A stretch of DNA of 64,000 nucleotides from contig OZ287755.1 in the NCBI GenBank assembly GCA_965649765.1, forward strand, positions 27,280,001 to 27,344,000, given 5' to 3'. Origin of the DNA: Bispira polyomma. Taxonomy: Eukaryota. How positions within the stretch are numbered: position 1 is the stretch's first letter; each line of letters opens with the position of its first letter. Positions 14,366-26,600 of the stretch are shown here, one piece after another. The notes beneath the pieces were generated by a model, which did no database searches, was not told where the DNA came from, and saw nothing but the letters and a program-made list of their open reading frames with translations. Position numbers and translations under genes: made by a program.

Positions 14366-16029
14366 TTTTGGGGTAGAGCTGCTAAGGGCCAAATGCCTAG
14401 CTTTCTTAATAGTCGCAAGCTATTACTACTAAAAATGTAGAGATCAGTCAATTAGATCTGTTTGACAGGCATATCCCACCAATCATTATGTCTGGCTAAG
14501 GCCACTTGTGATACCTGAAACTATGATCTGTTCTGTAAATTAATGCTCATTCACTTTGGAGAGAGGCCTTCCACAAATGGGAGAAACCAGTCACTGTTTA
14601 TACTACATCACCATATACCAGTGTGATGAGGCTGCTCTCTATGAATGTGACATAAGCATGTGGTGTAATATTACTCTCTTGTACAGTTCACACATTGATG
14701 ATAATATATCATGCATAATATGACATAATATTGATACAGAAATAAATATTACTACAATAACATATATATATATTCAATGTGTGTGATATCGAGAGGCACG
14801 TGAATTTAAGGATCTGATTTTACTTTTGTTTTTATATTTTAAACGGCAATTTTTATTGGTAGAAAATAGGAAATATTGTTAGTAAACTCAATCAAGAGCA
14901 ACATACACAGATTGGCATGTTAAAATTGATACATTTTTGTAAGCTACATATTATTTTGCTTTGGTACTATGTGCTCGCTCATGTTCTCAATATATAGTGC
15001 AACGAACTAAAACACAACTTTCCAGTTGATTTTATCTGGTTGAACATGACCTGATCTAGCGCAAATCTGGGGATGGGTCATTCAGGTTTGTCTGGTGGGC
15101 ACATTCCACCAGTGAAATATCTGACTATAGCCATTTGTGTCTAGGGCTGTGCTGAAGATTTTCCAATTAATTTCATCGGATTACTACACAAGTTGATCTA
15201 GCCTAAAATTTGGGAATAAGTCATTCGGGTACGTCTGGCTGGCACATTCCACCAGTGAAAATGTCTCCCTATAGCCATTTGTAATACTTAAGGCTGTGCC
15301 GTGTTTCTAATTGATTTCATCATGTTACTTCACAAGTTGATCTGGCCCAAAATTTAAGGATTGGTCATTTACATCTGACAGACACATCCCACCACTCAAA
15401 ATGTCTGGCTATAGCCATTTGTGATACCCGGGACCTGTCCAAAAATTTTGACACATGTTTCAACGGGTTACCTCACCAGTTGATCTAGCTCAATTTTGGG
15501 CAACCTTATTTATGCTCTACTGGTCATACCCACCACACTGTGCAAGGCATATCTCAGTTTCCTTATATGGGCATCCTTAAAAATCATGGCTATACATATA
15601 AAAATTGGTTACCTTTCTAGTTAGGTTCACCCCCTCCCCCCCCCCCCCCACCCTGGTTCCTGGTCTATATGCCTGTATTAAAATCTGTCAAACAAAACTT
15701 AAATATTACAAAATTTACACAGGATACCGAGCCCCTTTTATGGGCTTATATGTCACTATGAAATACATAAAGCATTAACTATTGGCTAGAGTTGACATAG
15801 ATAAATATTAATTAATACTACTTTTTCATTTTAAGATTTTTTTATTCCAAATCAGTTCAATGTACAAAGCTACTTGCTTAGATATATTTTGCATAATATA
15901 AATAAATTTGTCTTTTTATCAGATGAATTAAAAAAATCAATGTTGTTCTGATAATTTTCAAAGAAAGTGTTAAGTTTTGTTTCATAACATTCACACTGAC
16001 ACAAAAAATGTATTTCATCTTCAATTTGA

Positions 16030-17800
16030 TGTTCATTACATACTAAACAATATCTATCAATAACAGGGATATTGTAAAAACTACCTACTTCAATATCTTA
16101 AGGTAACATTCCAAAGCGCAGTTGCGATACAAGTGATCGCTGTGATCTAGTGAGAGAGAGTTTCAAATAATTTTCAGTTTCTATATCTTATTTAAATTTC
16201 ACAAAACTTTTAAGTTTTGGTTTAGATGGTTTATTTAGACTCCAATCATAATGCATAAGGTAATACAATAGTTCTTTTGTCTCTTTCAGATTAAAACACT
16301 GTCCTTAAAAGATGATATTTTCAAGTAATAGCATTTTTGCAACTGCAAAGACATGACTAGACCAATTATCATTGCATATTTTGGACAAGTCATATTCAAA
16401 ATCTTTTTTGTTAAACAATTTTCATCCATTTTTATAAAACAGTTGTACAGACGTAAACTATTTAAATAATGCTAATACTTAATATTCAACCATCCCATAT
16501 CAGCTTGTAAACCCAATATTGGCACTTTTTTATGGACACCCACATAGTATTTAACACCCCTATTTTGTACCTTTTGACCAGGAATATAAATTCCAAAGTT
16601 CCATATGGATGAACCGTAGCCAATGACTGGGAATACAACTGCATTAAACAAAGGACTTCCATCTAATTAGACCATGAGTCAATGTTTGAAATTTTGCAAT
16701 AAGTGAAGAAAGATCGCGACCAGCTGATTCACCCAGTATACTTGTACATTCACAGTAGTTTAAAAATTCATCAAAAACCACACCTAAATACTCATTTTGA
16801 TATCTTATCACCTATTTTAAAAACACGGTTACTTTGTTTTAACATATACACTCGTGTCATTTACAGCAGTGGGTATATACATGTGAAAGCATTTCTTGTA
16901 ATTTTTTTTCATTTGTATTTAATAATACAATATCATCTGCATAAAGTAAGATGGACACGTGTAAATCATTGATATTAATTCCAAGTTTTCTTTCCTGCAC
17001 TTCCAGGGCTAAATCATTCAAAAATAAGTTAAACAATATGGGTGATAAATCATCACCTTGTCGAACAACAGACTCGGTTGTAAACCAATCAGGTAATTAA
17101 TTTTTTAATTGTGCTACAGCTGTATTATTGGTATATAGTGCTTTGATGGCATAGAAGAAGTTACCATTTATATTATGTTGCAAAAGTTTAAAGAATAGAA
17201 AAGACCTATTGACCCTGTCAGACGCTTTACTCCTGTCAAGAACAACTGCAACAGTTGGCTTACTTTCATGTTTTCTAAAAAATACAGAAGTACTTATAAG
17301 AGTGATTCAGATGATAAAGCCTGGAGTAAAGATTGCAAGATTTTTTAGTAACTCATTAGGGATTTTATTTTAGTTGGACTTGTGCTTTCCATATAGTTTT
17401 AACTGATTATACCTTCTCTTAGCCTGCCTTAACATTTTATCAAAAGTTTTTCTTGCCTTATCCTTAACTGTTCTCTTTTACTCCTGTGTCCCTTAAATTT
17501 TTGAAACCTCTTTAATGTTTATTCATAATTTCCATGCCTCTGACAAATCATTTGACCAGTATGGCTTACTACTTCTAAAGCTTTTTTTTGTGTTTGTTTG
17601 GAACATCTTAAAATCAATATATATTTATCGATTTCATTTGCAACGGTATCAACAAGCTTTTGGTAATAGGTATTTAATTGATATATCCGATTTAAATTGT
17701 TTGCCATTTTATTCAATGGCTCAGATATGTTGCTTGACCATATTCTGTATTCATAAAATTTGGGAAATCTATGGGCCTTCATAAACAAAATTCTACATCG
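16030..17800 (-). mobile_element. Decayed non-LTR retrotransposon RT region
   Basis: Minus-strand VRQGDDLSPILFNLFLNDL, LLYADDIVL, KYLGVVF motifs, broken. Confidence 0.8.
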
Positions 17801-17829
17801 AAAATCGGAGCAAGTTCTCCCCATAAACC

Positions 17830-18725
17830 ACTATCTTACTTTCTTAGTCGAAAAATTTGAAAAATTTGTGTAGAAAAAAATCAGCAACATTCGCAACGGC
17901 TTTCCAATGATATATCACTTCAGTCCTCTAACCCGAGGATATAAGGTTTCTAACCTGTTTCATTTCAGTACATTGTCAGAGCAGGAAGTTCTGAAACTCA
18001 TAAAATCTTCTACTATTAAATCTTGTGAATTAGATCCCATCCCAGCAGTTATTCTGAATCATTCTAGTCACATTCTAGTCACACCCATAACAAACATGTC
18101 AAATTTTTCTCTTCAGGATGGTGTTTTTCCCTCCAGTTTCAAGACGGCAAATGTAACTCCCTTGAATAAAAAACAAGGGTTTGATAAGAATCAGCTCAAA
18201 AACTACAGACCGGTGTCAAACTTCAGCTTTGTCTCAAAAGTCATTAAGAAAGCTGCAGCTCAACAAATTTTTGACCACCTTAATAAAAAAAACCATTAAA
18301 AATGGCCACCAGTCTGTTTACAGAAAGTGCCCTTTTTCCATCAGCAATGATATCAATCTTCCACTGGACCACAACGACACAGTGGCCCTCACTCTTCTGG
18401 ATCTCTTGGCTGCATTCGACACCATTGATCATGTCCTGCTCTTCGACACTCTTAAGCAGTGGTTTGGTATAAATGGTAGTGTCCTTAAATGGATAAGATC
18501 CTACCTTAGTCTTAGGGCACAAAGAATTAAATCAGATGGTCACCTATCATCTTCCATAAAGCTACCATATGGAGTAGCCCAGGGATCCGTCCTTGGCCCT
18601 CTACTTTTCATCCTTTATACACATCCTCTCAGCACTGTCATCAATGAACATAATATAAAACACCACATGTATGCAGATGAGACTCAAGTTTATCTCTCTC
18701 TTAATCCACAAAATGCAAATATGAA
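17830..18725 (+). mobile_element. Decayed CR1/L2-group LINE RT fragment
   Basis: KSCELDPIP, NYRPVSN, LLDLLAAFDTIDH, GVAQGSVLGPLLF, YADET. Confidence 0.92.
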
Positions 18726-20082
18726 CATATTATATATGCCATTCATTTTGACAGAATATAGTTGTAGTGCTCAAAAAATTTACCGGTAAAGTTCTGCACC
18801 ATACAAATCAATTTTAAGGTCACTTTTTAACCAGGGTCAGACACTCTTATGCAGTGATCCTATTTGATTTATGATCTTGGGTTTGAGGTCAAACTGAGGT
18901 CATAAAGGTCAATTTCCAGTATTTTGTGTCATATCTCAAACAGTGTTACCTCAGGAATAACACATGTCAAACCATGATATACGGTAATTTTTACCACGAT
19001 TGGAGGCGCAGTAACACAATGCCTTTAAATTTGCTTGGGTATCTCTATGAGGTTTAACATATATTCTGGTAAGATTCCTTACCAGTCAGAGCGGTTTTTA
19101 GCTCAGTTTCATGTGTCTAAGAGGGTTAATTTCATAATTTTTTTACATGTGTAATAATTCTTAAAATATTGCATTGTATTTATAATTTGTCAACTCTGTG
19201 GAGGAGGCTCATCGTATGTCTGTTCCAGGCATTCAGTTCGTGTTTATTTTTTTATGCATGATGTCATTTTTTGCGTTTAAGTTGAAGAGAGTGGTATAGC
19301 TGATCAACTGTTTGAGGACAGCAAAATATCTGAGAGTAAGAGATAATTTTGTCCTGAATTGGTATGGGTACATAGTATGGTGCGCAGATGCTGCCGTTCC
19401 AATTTTGTTCTCTGGTATTTGGTATGTTGAGTGTTATTGACTATTTTTTGTAATTTTTGAATTGGTTGCTAAAATGAATAATGATTGATAGGTCAAGTTC
19501 CCCCTTTTATGTCCCAGAAGAAAGTTTTCAATATTGGTGGCCATCTTGAATTTCTGCGTCTTTTTTGAAAATGTCTGTTATCTCGGAAATGGTGCTAGAT
19601 AGAGCGATTTCCATCTCATTTTCGACTAAAAGGGCTGTTTCTGCTTATATGTAAACTTTTTAAACAATTCGTTTTCTAGTTTATTTTAAGAATGTATGGA
19701 TACAAGAACTATTCCAACTGTTAAAATGAGAACATTGTTGTTTTATGAGGGTATTTTGCGAGAAATCACCAACTGATCTTAGGCGTACACTGGGCGCCTT
19801 GTAAAGTCTAAGGTCACCTTACTATTCTAATTAAAGGCAACTTTAAATTAATCCTCACAGTTGTCCAGCGAAGTGACCCCTGGGGCCACTCTTATCTTGT
19901 TTAGATAATCCCAGACTTCTGCTATCACCAAGGGTAATACATATGAAACAAAAAGTAAATTATTTTTACCTAACAATTAACCAGCTCTCAGCATATATTT
20001 CAAACAAAATTGGGTTTTAATTGTGAACATGCAATATGTCTGGCTTACGTGTACAACTTCTTACTTTTTATGAAGTATCAGA

Positions 20083-20423
20083 ACGGATATAACAACCCCC
20101 CCCCTTGCCCCCCAAAAAAGTAAACTTAATCTAATCATTACACATTAACTAAACCGATAAAAAAATCACAAATAAAAATGAACTCGCCAAACTTAAAGAA
20201 GTGAGAACTATGAGATACAACAAACCTATTGAACATGCACTATGTGATCAAGTCGGATATAACAAACCCCAAAAAAGTAAACTTAATCTAATCATTACAC
20301 ATTAACTAACCCGAAAAAAAATCACAGATAAAAATGACAGATGTCTAAGGAACTCGCCAAACTTAAAGAAGTGAGAACTTTGAGATACAATAAACCTATT
20401 GAACATGCACTATATGATCAAGT
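20083..20423. repeat. ~170-bp direct tandem duplication downstream of the TSR gene
   Basis: cggatataac...cactatgtgatcaagt repeated at 20083 and 20254. Confidence 0.85.
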
Positions 20424-20500
20424 ACAAAATAACGGGTGGACTAAACCACGTTGGGGATGGTTTTTGAAGTTGGTGAAACACCACATGTTTTGCTAAAGCT

Positions 20501-20548
20501 TTTATTCTGCATTATTACCATAGTTGACTAACATTCTGTTACTTTATT
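20501..20548 (-). terminator. Candidate polyadenylation signals of the TSR gene
   Basis: AATAAA on minus strand at 20543-20548 and about 20501-20506, ~90-130 nt after the stop. Confidence 0.5.
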
Positions 20549-20634
20549 TGTAACGACATGCTATATGTCACATACAATTACCATAGTAATTCATTAAGTT
20601 TCTCTTCAAATGGAGAATTTCATGTTTATCTGGT

Positions 20635-20653
20635 TTATGGCCACTGCAGGTAC
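20635..20653 (-). CDS. TSR gene last coding exon (GYLQWP-stop)
   Basis: Strong acceptor atttttcttacag|G, phase 2 compatible, TAA at 20637-20635, AATAAA downstream. Confidence 0.65.
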
Positions 20654-23600
20654 CTGTAAGAAAAATCAGTTGATTGTATAGTAACTCATAATAACTGGCT
20701 ATGTAATAAAAATGTTTCAATTTATCAAATTTTGTTTTATATGTAAAAGCTTCATAAATGCACAGCAGTCATTTAAATGTTAAACTTTACTACATACCTT
20801 TAAAAATCTAGCAATGATTTTTAAGACGAGACCATGACCATATTGTTATGTTTAGTCCTCTAGGTCAAACACTTACCCACAGTTTTTGACATAACAGGAA
20901 ACAGACGTGGTATCACTGCCAGGACATGAGAGATAGGATGGCTTGCAATTAGGTGGCACTTTACACACTCTCTTGCGGTATCGCTTACCCTTTTCCTTAC
21001 ATCCCTGACATGCACCATATGGACCCCATTGATCCCATTCTGTGGCAGAATAATCAACAATAGCTCTCATCAAATGCATGTCAAGATGTGCATGGTGTCA
21101 TGCTCTGATATTCAGTGTAGTGGTAAATAAGACATGTTATCAGTACAATAGATACCAGACTATATTATTTATTATTATTATTCTTATTATTATTTTTTAA
21201 CACGCTTTATTGATGCTAAGCATCTTCTAGAGTGCAACAGCAGAATAATTGGTTCAATCATTAAATCCATGGACATTGCAAAGTCGAATATATATTAAAG
21301 TACCTTTATATAACATTATACTCAATGTTTTATTGTAAAGCGCTTCAGACCATTGGATAGGGCGCTATACAAATCTTATTTATTCTTATTTATCCTTCAA
21401 GGCCTAATATTCTAGTTTGCGAGAGTGTAATTGTAGGTAGTGAGAGTGTGCACTCACTTGGACTGCAGCAGTTGGTACAGGTCTTGGTCAGCCTACTCCC
21501 ACCAGTGCAATCTGGGCTAACATAGCCACACTTGTTCTTACAACTTCTTGTCTTAACATGGTAACAGTCGGAGTTACAACCACTCCATCCACTCCAGTCC
21601 GACCAATAGGAGCCTACAACATGTATGAGATCGTATTGTGTTGTCTCCATCATTACACATATATGCAGTGATTACTGTGAATCATGAACTCTATCCATTA
21701 TTTTGGGCTGCCCCTAAGCAACCAAACCAGGTGTTATATCAAATACATTTGATTTTCAGCAATGCAATCTAAGATCACATTTTTTTAACCTTATTAAGAT
21801 GTACAGAGAACAATGTAAAATCCTGATTTATGGATCAATTGTGATCAATCTTGTATCACTACAATCACTTTTTGATGTACATATAGTGGTGAATGCATAG
21901 TCAATATGATTGACATATATCTTCAAATGTATTTGCAGGGAAATTTTTGGCATAATTTAAGAGTTGGTGACCATAGATAGGAGTCTTATGTTATTTTAAA
22001 TATTTGTATTGGTGTTCAATTCAAGTAAACTGATTATTTGTATACAATACCATAACAAGGTCTATTCTGATTGCTCGGTCCAATGCAGATTTTTGTTGGA
22101 CATGTACGACAGGTTCTTTTTCTATACTGACTACATGATGACTGGTAATTGGCACAGTTACTCCACTGACCCCAGCCATTCCACGATGGATCTGGAAAAA
22201 TTACAAAGAATTTTTAACCCGCTTTGTATAAAAGCTAATGCTTTTGTTGAGGTAAAGTGTCACATGAAACTTACTGCAGCAGTTACCACAGGATTTGGTC
22301 TCCGTATTTACACCATAACAGCCCGAGCTTAGATAGCCACATTTATTCTGACATGTCCTGGTCCTGACAGATTTACAGTTAGCAGTGCAAGCTTGCCAAG
22401 CTGTCCATTGAGACCACATAGAACCTGTAAAATAATGGATAAAACATGGATGTGAAATGTGGGCTCTTTTGTCATCACTGACAACACGCATTACTTGTAT
22501 AGGGTTCGACTCACACTTGTTCTTTAAACTTTTCTTTTCACTGTATATATTTGTTTTTTCCAAACTATATGTATAACCTTGAATGTCTTCAGAAATAAAT
22601 AATAGCATGATTAGTTTAGCATACAATTTAGTGTTTGTTGTTTATACCAAAATATTTTTTAAAAATGCCATCAAAATTTACCTTGTTGAATATATCATGA
22701 AAATTCGTTATCTACAAATGGTACTTGGAGATAATGCAAGATAATTTTTTTTATTTCTGTACGACCAGTATCACGACAACCTGCAACATAAGCTAAAGTT
22801 AAGATGTATAGGCTGTAAAACAATCAGTGTGCCACATGTGTATAACGGAATAATGAATTATAAAAAATTCTGAGTTCTGCTTCAGAAAGCCTCACTTACT
22901 GGAACAAGGTCTATTCTGATTGCTCGGTCCAATGCAGATTTTTGTTGGACATGTACGACAGGTTCTTTTTCTGTACTGACTACATGATGACTGGTAATTG
23001 GCACAGTTACTCCACTGACCCCAGCCATTCCACGATGGATCTGGAAAAATTACAAAGAATTTATAACCTGTTTTGTATAAAAACTAATGCTTTTGTTGAG
23101 GTAAAGTGTCAAATGAAACTTACTGCAGCAGTTACCACAGGATTTGGTCTCCGTATTTACACCATAACAGCCCGAGCTTAGATAGCCACATTTATTCTGA
23201 CATGTCCTGGTCCTGACAGATTTACAGTTAGCAGTGCAGGCTTGCCAAGCTGTCCATTGAGACCACATAGAACCTGTAAAATAATGGATAAAACATGGAT
23301 GTAAAATGTGGGCTCTTTTGTCATCACTGACAACACGCATTACTTGTATAGGGTTCGACTCACACTTGTTCTTTAAACTTTTCTTTTCATTGTATTTATT
23401 TGGTTTTTCCAATCTCTATGTATAACCTTGAATGTCTTCAGAAAGAAATTATAGCATGATTAGTTTATCATACAATTTAGTGTTTGTTGTTTATACCAAA
23501 ATATTTTTTAAAAATGCCATCAAAATTCACCTTGTTAAATATATCATGAAAATTTGTTATCTACAAATGGTACTTGGAGATAATGCAAGATAATTTTTTT

Positions 23601-26600
23601 TAATTTATGTACGACCAGTATCACGACAACCTGCAACATTAGCTAAACTTAAGATGTATAGGCTGTAAAACAATCTGCTTCAGAAAGCCTCACTTACTGG
23701 AACAAGGTCTATTCTGAGTTTTGTCCCCATAGCATCCAGTAAGTGAAGAGTAACAACCACTACAAGTCCTTGTCCTAGTTTGACGACACAGGACTCCCTG
23801 TTTGGTACAACTACCCCATTGACCCCACTGGCTCCAGGATGGATCTGTTTGTAAAAAAAAACAATAGATGTTAAATTTATCGTACTGTTTCTGTAGAATC
23901 AAGTTTCTAAAATAGTATCATAAGCATGGTTTCACCTACACAAATGTATATTGGAGGAGGTGTTCAAAGTAGAGTATGGTATAAACTAATTTGATAAAAT
24001 TCTAATTTTTTTTAATATTCTCACTAAGTACTTTGTATTTACATCACCTTAATAGTTAGTTTATTACAAATAAAAGTATCCTACTACAACGAGACACACT
24101 CTTCTGCACCTGTACAACTGCACTGCTCACATGATACACAGGTACGTGATTTGGACGGTTTATCAATATTTTCCAATAAAGATAGCATAATTGACAATAT
24201 AAGAATATTTAGGATTTAATTTAAGTATCCATTAAAACTTACACATTTTTTAAAGGAATTGGCAGCATAAATTAAGAACTAAAGTGCCACAGGGTCTCGA
24301 CTAGCAGGAGTAACTCTAAAACATATTTTGTGGGTCACTTGCCTCGTTTAAATAATTGTGAAATATTTATTCACTGTACAGGTCATGCACACATATAACG
24401 TTAGTTTTTAGAAAGTTAAACCAGCTAGAGAGTAAGCTTTAAAAGAAAGTAGTCTTTATATCATGTTTGTATTTTGGAACATTTGTTTAGTCATTATATT
24501 GCTCTTATTAATACACATAACAGCTAATGCTCCAGTCACACAGCCCTCACAACAGCTGAACATATCACAGAGCAGTTATGGGACTCTTAACAAGTCGGGC
24601 ATATTAACTATGCTGGACATAGTTAATGTTCCATATTACAAACATAATATAAAGACTATTTTCTTTTAAAGCTTTCTCTTTAAAAGAAAAAAAGGCCTGG
24701 AGGACGACGAGGATGATGATTATGAGGGGGTCAGCAAGAAAGCCAAGGTGACCGACCAACTGTCAGAGGAGCAGGAGGAGCACTTGGTGGACATCCCCAC
24801 AGCCTATGTTCTATGACCAGTTGCTCCGGGACTTCAAGAACAGGGCCAAGAAGTCCCAGGTGCTGGTCAGACAGGGAGACATCATGGGGCTCACTGTTAA
24901 GTTGCATTAATATCTAATTACAACTGTAACTGCATGACCGAATCAACACATGGTTCAAGTCCATGCGGACTATATATGGCAAGCTCAAGAAAAAGTCCTG
25001 CCAGGCAACCAAGGCTCAAACTGCGTGCCAGTCATGGACACTCCGATCATTTCAATTCCTCGAGGCACATCTGGTTGACTGTTCGGAGAGTCGTAGGCTG
25101 GAGATGGGGCCTCCCCCGCCAAGCTTTGATGACCTGGAGGACAATGACAAGCTCTCCAATGTTGCCTCCTCAGCTCCTTTTGGGGTCAGGGCGAAGTCAA
25201 GTCCCACCCGCCCCACCCTTTCCAATTCCAGCCAGACTGGTCAGCTCAGCACCAGCGCCGCTCAGGGTTCCCGACCAAAGCCAGGAAAGGGTAATAGGGA
25301 AATAGACGATGCCATAATACAGCTGGCTGACCATTTCGCCACCTCCCAATGCAATGATCTACTGCAGTCTATGGTGACTGTGGCCAACAACCCCAGACTG
25401 TCGTTTTACCACTGGATAGGACTGGAGTCAGAATTTCTCACTGGCCTGCAGTGGGATGATTATATGTAGGAGACTTTTCAGGCCATGATTTTTCTCGCAG
25501 CCAATGGTTTGGCTTTCCTCTGCTCCGCCTGGCCAAGCATCGGGTTCATTTTCTTTTAGACCACCAAATATCTGGTCAGCACCACAACAACAGCTGAACC
25601 TATCACAGAGCAGTTATGGGACTCTTAACACGTCGGGCATATTAACTATGCTGGACAGCCTGCTGGGGCAACGGACACCTCAAGCTCAGCCCACTCAGCC
25701 GGCACTGGAGATGTTGCGACCTACATCATATCAAGTGACCAAAGTAGTGGTGGCCACACACAGCAGTACAAGGGGGACATCGGTGGTGGTGGTGTGACTG
25801 TTATGTCAGGGCCAAGGCCATAGTATCCTGTGGTCTCACATAACACTAGGTCATAAAAAATCCCAACTTCAAATACTAAAATGTTGCGATATAAGGTGTA
25901 TACCACAACATTTATGATCTAAAATTTACACATGGTCAAGGTAATGGTCTCCTTTTGGTCTCCTGTTGTCCACTTGCTAGCTAAAGATTCTTCTAAAAGT
26001 CATGTCCTAATAGTTTTACGAAAGACAATGAGAACACTGAAATAACCTTCTGCGCAGAGGCAATATATTGTATAAATAATTCACCTGGAATGATTGATTG
26101 ATTGATTTCAAAAAATAAAAGTAAAAATCACATAACAACATATAGTCACAGTCACTTAAAGCATGTCTCTCTGCCATGGTACAGCACCAACATTATTTAA
26201 TGTTTTAAGTATATCCTCTGTCTCTTGGCCCTGCGCGAAAACTGTGTGGGACCCCTAACATTCTTTCAGTATGCGAAGATAGCGTCATCCTTTCAGGCTC
26301 CAGGCACAAGTTAGCGATCGTTCCCCTCATGGTCCATTGCTGCATTCTGCAAGGCTGGATACATTGTACGCATTAAATTGTGCAAGCAAATGCATGCCAA
26401 CACAATTAACTTAACAGTTTTTGGGTCTTGTTGAAGAGTAGTCAGCAGGGCGCGGAACCTATTGGCAAGAATACCAAAGGCATTTTCAACAATCCTTCGA
26501 GCACGAGAAAACCTGTAGTTAAATATTATCTCTTCATCTGTCATGTTGCGTTGGAAGAATGTCTTCATCATGTAGGGGCCAAACCAAAGGCATTGTCACC

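Larger units (their letters stand above)
11221..15635. mobile_element. Long-inverted-repeat element: ~1.1-1.25-kb arms (11221-12292, 14383-15635) around a decayed ORF
   Basis: Arms are reverse complements over their whole length and contain ~120-bp internal subrepeats. Confidence 0.8.

Noticed and set aside
22009-23181. Duplicated plus-strand ORFs (22009..22332, 22942..23181; also 44758 and 45731)
   Set aside because: Antisense shadows of duplicated TSR exons.
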